A DNA stretch of 32,000 bases. It comes from Acinetobacter wanghuae. Lineage in GTDB: Bacteria; Pseudomonadota; Gammaproteobacteria; Pseudomonadales; Moraxellaceae. The DNA lies in the NCBI RefSeq assembly GCF_009557235.1, contig NZ_CP045650.1, forward strand, positions 2,160,001-2,192,000. Reading direction: 5' to 3'. Made by a program: the position numbers and the translations under genes. Every line of letters starts with the position of its first letter. Positions within the stretch are counted from its first letter, which is position 1. The notes under the pieces were generated by a model, which saw nothing but the letters and a program-made list of their open reading frames with translations, was not told the origin of the DNA and searched no databases. Positions 10,500-16,775 of the stretch are shown one piece after another.

Positions 10500-11441
10500 C
10501 TATGCATGTTGTCGCTGTTTTGATCCTGTCTGTTGCTGCTGTAACTGCTTAAGAATGGCGGTGAATTTTAATTCTTCTAAACGCAAATCTAAATACGACT
10601 GCTGAATCATAGCTTGGCTTAAATCAATCCCTTTATAATTAATCAAAACAAAGTCATCTTGTAGCGCTTGCAACATCTCAGCCAAGTTATGCCCATTTAA
10701 CTGTGCTAAATATAAATCCGCTTTCGTATTAAATGCCATGCTGAGTAACTCAATGGTGCTATGACGGCGGCTATCATCAACATAATTACAGCTTGCCACT
10801 TGATTGTGATCCTGAGCAGTTTGAATCTGTGCACGAATTTGAGCCAGACGATGTGCAGCATCATGTTCACTATAATTTTCAATTAATTGATGGACTAAAG
10901 TATTTCCCGATACATTTAATACAGTCGGGTAGCCATGCACTTTATGTTCTAAAGCAGCAACAACTTCTTGTAAGCGATGTTGTTCTTCAGCTTGCTTATA
11001 ATAGCTTTGTAATTTTACTCTTGCCTGCTCATCTACATCGAATAAAGCTTGTTTTTGGTATTGATTTACGTAGTCTTTGACCCGTTCAATGTAAGCTTTA
11101 ATATCCTCGATCATAATTGAAGCATTCAGTTTGGTCACTTCAACAAAGTTGTCGGCTTGCAGTTGTCGACTCATAACGTACTGTTCAATATCGCAAATAT
11201 CTTGGTATTTTTTGAATTTATTGAGTTCAGTCTTAAGCCCGCTGCTTTGTACACGCAGTTGCGTCAATTCATAATTGAGATCATCGGTTTTCGCCTCGTA
11301 TTCGGCCAGTTTTATACGTGCGTGATCGAGATTTTCTTGTAAAACTTTATGATTAGTTCGCCAAGAATTTGTCCGAGCAAGCACCCAAACCAGTGCGATC
11401 ATCAGCACAATGACGAGAACGAATAAACCCATACTCAACAT
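10500..11441 (-). CDS. Membrane-anchored coiled-coil protein with a DUF4041-like C-terminal region (no nuclease domain)
   Basis: ATG at 11441 with AGGAA 6 nt upstream. N-terminal TM is MGLFVLVIVLMIALVWVLA, followed by a long heptad-rich helix. The C-terminal AFNTKADLYLAQL...INYKGIDLSQAMIQQSYLDLRLEELKF resembles the DUF4041 pattern AFN.E.D....IN....I...YL.LKLEEL that I recall. Confidence 0.65.
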   Translation of the reverse strand: MLSMGLFVLVIVLMIALVWVLARTNSWRTNHKVLQENLDHARIKLAEYEAKTDDLNYELTQLRVQSSGLKTELNKFKKYQDICDIEQYVMSRQLQADNFVEVTKLNASIMIEDIKAYIERVKDYVNQYQKQALFDVDEQARVKLQSYYKQAEEQHRLQEVVAALEHKVHGYPTVLNVSGNTLVHQLIENYSEHDAAHRLAQIRAQIQTAQDHNQVASCNYVDDSRRHSTIELLSMAFNTKADLYLAQLNGHNLAEMLQALQDDFVLINYKGIDLSQAMIQQSYLDLRLEELKFTAILKQLQQQQTGSKQRQHA

Positions 11442-12034
11442 GCTTCGTTCCTATTTAAAATTGAAACCCAAAAAGAAAAAAGCACCATGTAAAAATAAAG
11501 TGACATGATGAATCTTACAATTTTGACACAGTCTATGCGCTCAGCTCAAAGCCAATCATCTGATGTTTCTTTCAGTAATACATTAACATTTAAATGATTA
11601 TTCTTGTTTTTAAAGTATTACTAAAAAAGGAATAGCATCAACGTATTATTCATTCAGTGAATGCACACAATGTCTGATCTAAAAGCGGTTCACAGCGTTT
11701 AAATGAAACTAAAAACATCGAATACTCAACGTTTTCATTAAAACCAAAATAAATAGAACAAGATAAATTCACCCAAAACCTTACCTTCAGTACTCGCTAT
11801 CATTCTTACTGTTTTAATTTACACATGAGTTACACAACACAACATAAAGCAGAAATTTTGCTTATTTAAGATAAATTTATTGAAAAAAGAGTGATCTTCA
11901 TAGCAGTTTTCACCCTGTCTTTTGTAACATTTACTCACACTTAAATCGCCATTTTTGCTGCAATAACAAAAATAAAGGCTGAATGGTATCGGAGCGAACT
12001 TCAACTGTTTTTATGCAAAACTGAAGTTCACATC

Positions 12035-12700
12035 TTAAAACTCAGGATTGGCTCGAATATCAATTGCTTGTTTTAACATCGGATGTTGAAAGCTTAAAGA
12101 ACTTGCATGCAGTGCCATACGTTTTAGCTGACTTTTATAGGGTTCAGGATGATAAATCTGATCACCTGTAATGGGATGTCCAATGTGCATCATATGTACC
12201 CGCAACTGATGTGAACGTCCGGTAATGGGCGTAAGCAAAACCCGACTGATGTCATCTTCGGCATCGTATGTCAGTGGTTGATACAACGTTTTAGAGGGCT
12301 TGCCCAATTCAAAATGCACCATTTGTCGCGGACGATTCTCCCAATCCGTGATTAAAGGCACATCCACACTCCCCGACTCAATGACATGCCCTTGCACCAA
12401 TGCAATATATTGCTTAGAGACCGCGCGTGCTTGGAACATTTTACTAATCGCGACTTCTGCATCACGATGTTTGGCAAACATGAGAATGCCTGAGGTTGCC
12501 ATATCCAAACGATGGGTAATTTTGGCATTCGGATATTGAGCGAGTACGCGTAAATAAGCACTGTCATGATGTTCTGGCAAACGTCCTGGCACTGACAATA
12601 ATCCTGCAGGTTTATCAATAATCAGTAAATCATCATCTTCAAACAGAATCTTTAAGGCGCCTTGCGGTGGCGTATAAACAAAGCTTTTATCTAATGGCAT
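12035..12700 (-). CDS. rluA: RluA-family pseudouridine synthase
   Basis: LLIIDKPAGLLSVPGR and HRLDMATSGILMFAK (catalytic Asp motif) are present. ~221 aa from the ATG at 12700. The track's longer start adds a hydrophobic non-homologous leader. Confidence 0.85.
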   Translation of the reverse strand: MPLDKSFVYTPPQGALKILFEDDDLLIIDKPAGLLSVPGRLPEHHDSAYLRVLAQYPNAKITHRLDMATSGILMFAKHRDAEVAISKMFQARAVSKQYIALVQGHVIESGSVDVPLITDWENRPRQMVHFELGKPSKTLYQPLTYDAEDDISRVLLTPITGRSHQLRVHMMHIGHPITGDQIYHPEPYKSQLKRMALHASSLSFQHPMLKQAIDIRANPEF

Positions 12701-13268
12701 GGGAGATGCGCTATGGGCGAAAAAGCGCAAAATAACAAGGTGAATGCAGGCTGTCAATCGTGCTTTGAATTTTTCAGTTTTAGAGAGATGAATGACAAGA
12801 TGAAGACGATCAGGATGGGTTTTGAATGATGAACATCATAAGAAAGTGTGCATATTATTCGAAAGTCTGTTTTATTTTATTATTCTATCAAGAAATTTTT
12901 AAGGGGTTGGGAAAACTGATTATGGTTTACTTCAACTATCAATCTTGGTAAGACTTGATCTTATAGCCTATAAACTTGTGGTCTATAGCGTCCTAAGCCG
13001 AATCGAGACCTTTTGGGTTCGTACTGCACTCGCGTTTTGCGCCGCTCACAGCATGCTACTCTTTTCGATCCCATCACACCCTTGAGATCTATAGTAGCCA
13101 AAGCGCTGTGGGATTAATTTCCTTTGTTTTTTTAATTTTGACTATTTTTGAAAAATTATTTCTTAAACATAGGTGTAAATGAAAAAATACGATCAAACTG
13201 CTTTATTTAAGCTTTTTAATTTCTTAAAAAGACATCTTTTTGGAAATTTTTATCCAAAAAATGTGCCT

Positions 13269-13523
13269 TTATAAGGTCTGTAACCACTGTGCGGTAAACC
13301 ACCAACCACTTAATGCACACATCCCCGACATGATGGTTGCAAGGACTTTGTTCATTTTTGAAAGTGGCGAACTGAGTACCTTAATATTAATGACATAAGC
13401 GAGTGCAAAATAAGCTAAACCCACGACACCACAAAAAGGCACAAACAACAACGGCCATGCTGCATAGAGGTGCGAGGATTTCGTCAATGTGTTGGATTCT
13501 GCGCTTTGATGTGTCATGTCCAT
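13269..13523 (-). CDS. Small hypothetical membrane protein (2 predicted TM helices)
   Basis: 84-aa ORF with two hydrophobic stretches (AAWPLLFVPFCGVVGLAYFALAYVI; ATIMSGMCALSGWWFTAQW) and a GAGAG-like RBS. No recognisable family. Confidence 0.45.
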   Translation of the reverse strand: MDMTHQSAESNTLTKSSHLYAAWPLLFVPFCGVVGLAYFALAYVINIKVLSSPLSKMNKVLATIMSGMCALSGWWFTAQWLQTL

Positions 13524-13646
13524 GCTGCGGCTCTCTTTTAATTACTCAAATATGCACTGTGATGCATCAAAATATCCCACTGGATAAAGATCATGCTGTG
13601 CTTTAGATCTATTTAGCAATTTTTGCGCCAATGTTGCACGACGGCG

Positions 13647-14357
13647 TTATTCAAATGAAATTTCATCAAAGTCTTTAATCTTTGATAAATACATCGGTGC
13701 GATTTGAATATTCGACCATGTTTCTTTAAAGCGTTCAGGCTGCTCTGGATTCATTTTGTTAATATTGTCTTTATACAGTTTTTTGCCCGTTATGAAATTG
13801 AGACTGGTGAATGACTCGACCATAGGTCCGTAGTTGCTTGAATGGTCATAACCAATCAATCGCATATCATTGTGTTCAATACGGAATTTATAGCCCCAAT
13901 AGCCGTAGCGACCATGTCCATAATGAAGTTCTAAAATGCCGTTTTTAATTTCAGAAGATAACTCCGGCGCGAAATACACCCCACCGTCTTCTTGGTCGGA
14001 ACTAAAACAGTTTAAATTTTTGACCAGCGTTTGATATGCGATTTTATTTTTCTGCCCCAACAGCACAATGATGCCACGGCGATTACGATCTACGACTTCA
14101 TCAAAGCGATTGCGCACCACCTTTTTCGGGTCAGCTGCTTTCACAATGAGTACCGTATCTTTAAGACCATCTTTGTTTAAATCGCCATGTACAGCACTAA
14201 ATAGGCTGTAATATTTTGGAATATAACTTTGAAAACGCGCAGTGTCCTTTTGTAATTGGATTTGTTCAGCACTGAGCACTTCTTTTGCTGTTGTTGTTTG
14301 TGCCAAAAGTCCGAGCATGATCACCATCATGATGCCGCTCATTTTATTTTTCATCAT
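13647..14357 (-). CDS. Secreted/periplasmic hypothetical protein with a Sec signal peptide
   Basis: Signal peptide MMKNKMSGIMMVIMLGLLAQTTTA|KE; AAGGA RBS. An FG-GAP/EF-hand-like DLNKDGLKD motif is present; otherwise no family recognised. Confidence 0.75.
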   Translation of the reverse strand: MMKNKMSGIMMVIMLGLLAQTTTAKEVLSAEQIQLQKDTARFQSYIPKYYSLFSAVHGDLNKDGLKDTVLIVKAADPKKVVRNRFDEVVDRNRRGIIVLLGQKNKIAYQTLVKNLNCFSSDQEDGGVYFAPELSSEIKNGILELHYGHGRYGYWGYKFRIEHNDMRLIGYDHSSNYGPMVESFTSLNFITGKKLYKDNINKMNPEQPERFKETWSNIQIAPMYLSKIKDFDEISFE

Positions 14358-14439
14358 CTTGTTATTCCTTATTGATTTTTAATGGTCTTGGCACAGCTTA
14401 AGCGGCATATCAATGTTATCTTCAAGATGAGATTAATCT

Positions 14440-15018
14440 TTAGCTCACTGAATGATTGAGATTTTGTTGTTTCTTGATGCGTATCCAACGTACCGCCCAA
14501 ATCAGTGCGATGACAGCCACAATAACCACTAAAACCGGCACTAAAAAGGACAATATTGAAAGCAGCAATGCGCCCATCCATTCGCCTGTCGACACCACAG
14601 GATTGGCTAAACCGCCTGTTGTTGCCGTCGATAAACCACGAACCGCGACGGTACTCATTTGCACTGCGCCTGCTGTTCCGCCCCCGACAATAATTGCTGC
14701 TGCCCAACTGGCAAACTGAGACATTTCCCCGCTACTCACTGCCATGGTGGTTAATGTGCCTGCCACCATTGCCGCAGGTGTTGCAACCGTATCTAAGATG
14801 TTATCGACCCAAGGAACATAGTACGCAGCAATTTCACAGACTGTTGCCACCGCTAATGCGATACATACCGATGGTATCGCAAGCCATTCAAAACCTTTCA
14901 TGGGTTCAAACCAACCGACCAAGGATGCCACGCTCATGACCAGTAAAGGCACAAATACGCGAAAACCGCAGGCTGCACTCAGTCCAATACCAATACATAA
15001 ACCTAAGATTGTTTCCAT
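14440..15018 (-). CDS. DUF4126-family integral membrane protein
   Basis: METILGLCIGIGLSAACGFRVFVPLLVMS... plus several further Gly/Ala-rich TM segments. This matches my recollection of the DUF4126 N-terminal pattern. Confidence 0.75.
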   Translation of the reverse strand: METILGLCIGIGLSAACGFRVFVPLLVMSVASLVGWFEPMKGFEWLAIPSVCIALAVATVCEIAAYYVPWVDNILDTVATPAAMVAGTLTTMAVSSGEMSQFASWAAAIIVGGGTAGAVQMSTVAVRGLSTATTGGLANPVVSTGEWMGALLLSILSFLVPVLVVIVAVIALIWAVRWIRIKKQQNLNHSVS

Positions 15019-15064
15019 GCTACGCGCCCCATCATTGTTATGAATTTTATGATATTAGGCTAAC

Positions 15065-15094
15065 AAAAAAGCCCTATGGAGTAATAGGGCTTTT
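15065..15094. terminator. Stem-loop terminator downstream of the zinc-ribbon ORF
   Basis: gccctat (15071-15077) pairs with atagggc (15084-15090), flanked by A6 and T4. Confidence 0.75.
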
Positions 15095-15143
15095 GGTTAA
15101 AACAGGGGGTGTCTGTTTTAGTTGTTGTGTGGCTTAGGCAATA

Positions 15144-15278
15144 TTATTTTTTAAATTCATTGCCATGGCACTTGGTACACGGGGGTAAACGGTCTGTACC
15201 AATTTCTAAATAAGCGCGGCGTCCGCACTGAATACAAAAATAGAAGCCTGTTCCGGGTTTAGAGCCAGCTATTACCAT
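15144..15278 (-). CDS. Small zinc-ribbon protein (44 aa), not in the ORF track
   Basis: GGAGAA lies 7 nt upstream of the ATG at 15278. Translation is MVIAGSKPGTGFYFCIQCGRRAYLEIGTDRLPPCTKCHGNEFKK*, with CxxC...CxxC spaced as a zinc ribbon. A terminator follows. Confidence 0.6.
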   Translation of the reverse strand: MVIAGSKPGTGFYFCIQCGRRAYLEIGTDRLPPCTKCHGNEFKK

Positions 15279-15385
15279 TTTCGTTCTCCATGTTGTTTTA
15301 GAAATGGTTGAACGAGTATAGACAAGTCGTCTGTAACTTAGATTGACCTTTTTGTTATGGGATTGTGGCAGTTGGGCGAAAAAGA

Positions 15386-16636
15386 TTAACTATCGTTACT
15401 CGCTTTCGCAGGTGTTATAGAATCAATAACATCTTCAACCTTATTAATAATCTTTTCACTTACTTTATTTAAACCAGTTTTGTCGATAATCTCATGAGTT
15501 GGGCTACCATGATTATTTGAATCCATTAACCTTAAGGGTGCTTCTTCAAGTCTAGTAAGCGCCACATTAAATAGTCTAGCTTCAAACTCTGGATCAATTT
15601 TTGCTGCTTCTTTTTTATAGCCTTCATATGCCTTGGCAACAGATGCTTTAAAGTCATAATCCTCAGCAAGTTTAAAGCGCTGACTAATCTGTTTAGTCGC
15701 TAACCAAGCAAACCACAATGGAGCTAAAACACTAGTAAGAGATAAAATTATTTGAATCCAGATAATCCCCCAATTCAGATTTGGTTCAGTAAGTGACGTA
15801 GTTAATACTTGAATACGCTGATGACCAATCCAAGCTCCAACGCCTAATGCAAATAATAATCCACCTACCCATAAACGAATTGACCATTTTAAACTTGAAG
15901 CCCTTTGATCGAAAGCTAAAGCCAAGCCCTTTGTCGTTGTAATACGATATGCCTCTTCACAATTTTTTATCAACTGTTTAGCTTGTTCATTTAGTTCAAT
16001 AATAGATTTTAACTGAGCCTCTACAGAAGTTTTATGTTCTGTAATTTTCTTTCTATCAAAAGATGAATCCTCATGAATTTCTGTAACTTTTGCTCTTGCT
16101 TCTTTCAGATTATGTAAGTCTGTAGGTAATGATTCTGCCGCTTCTGTAGCATCCTTTATTAATTGTATTTGATCAGATAATAAATCTTTATTTGGAATTA
16201 AGTTATCTAACTCTGTTTGAATACTTCTTAAACGACTCGATAATGCTTTTGGCAGTGCTTTGTTATCTTGTAATGTTTCCCAACTCATTAAAGGTGAGAT
16301 GATTTGTCTAATCCAATCAAGTGTAGAAAAATAAACAGGGATTGCTTGCGGTCCATTGCCATTGAACATATGTGGCACAGTCTCACTGTACATCAACTGC
16401 AATCGAGATGGTAATTCCTCTAACTGTTTTTGAGTTTCTTCATCAATATTAGTTAGTTTTAACGCTCGAATACTTTCTGCTATTTTAAAAGGGATATCTG
16501 CTAAATCATGCCTTGTTAATGGAGGATGTGCCCATCCATATACATCTCTTAATACCCGATCATCATTCCAACATCCTAAAACATGTTCTGAAAGCTCATC
16601 TAAAGCATCACATAAATTTACTATCACTTCATTCAT
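15386..16636 (-). CDS. Hypothetical protein: ~270-aa helical/coiled-coil N-terminal region plus a C-terminal 2-TM module; AT-rich relative to neighbours
   Basis: ATG at 16636 preceded by GGGGGAG. TM segments are IRLWVGGLLFALGVGAWIG and WGIIWIQIILSLTSVLAPLWFAWLA, followed by an amphipathic KLAEDYDFKASVAKAYEGYKKEA. No family recognised. Confidence 0.8.
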   Translation of the reverse strand: MNEVIVNLCDALDELSEHVLGCWNDDRVLRDVYGWAHPPLTRHDLADIPFKIAESIRALKLTNIDEETQKQLEELPSRLQLMYSETVPHMFNGNGPQAIPVYFSTLDWIRQIISPLMSWETLQDNKALPKALSSRLRSIQTELDNLIPNKDLLSDQIQLIKDATEAAESLPTDLHNLKEARAKVTEIHEDSSFDRKKITEHKTSVEAQLKSIIELNEQAKQLIKNCEEAYRITTTKGLALAFDQRASSLKWSIRLWVGGLLFALGVGAWIGHQRIQVLTTSLTEPNLNWGIIWIQIILSLTSVLAPLWFAWLATKQISQRFKLAEDYDFKASVAKAYEGYKKEAAKIDPEFEARLFNVALTRLEEAPLRLMDSNNHGSPTHEIIDKTGLNKVSEKIINKVEDVIDSITPAKASNDS

Positions 16637-16703
16637 ACACTCCCCCAAATAAAAAACACTCCAATTCACATTAGAGTGTTTTTTAAACAATATCAATAAC
16701 TTT

Positions 16704-16775
16704 AATCCTCCCCAACCCTCCTTTAAAAAAGGAGGGGGTTTCCCCTCTTTCGTAAAGAGGGGTTAGGGGAGATTC
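16704..16775. repeat. REP-like nested palindromic element directly after the acnD stop codon
   Basis: Outer arms are aatcctcccc (16704-16713) and ggggagatt (16766-16774). Inner hairpins are ccctcc-tttaaaaaa-ggaggg (16716-16736) and cccctcttt-cgt-aaagagggg (16742-16762). Confidence 0.8.

Noticed and set aside
11819-12004. 61-aa minus-strand ORF in the rluA-downstream gap
   Set aside because: It is Cys/Phe/Lys-rich in very AT-rich DNA, with no RBS and no recognisable fold. It is probably a chance ORF in a ~590-bp intergenic/promoter region.
14369-14939. ORFs 14369..14707(-), 14456..14719(+), 14694..14939(+)
   Set aside because: All overlap the DUF4126 membrane-protein gene in alternative frames. 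Their Arg/Pro-rich compositions are typical of off-frame translation of Gly/Ala-rich TM coding sequence.
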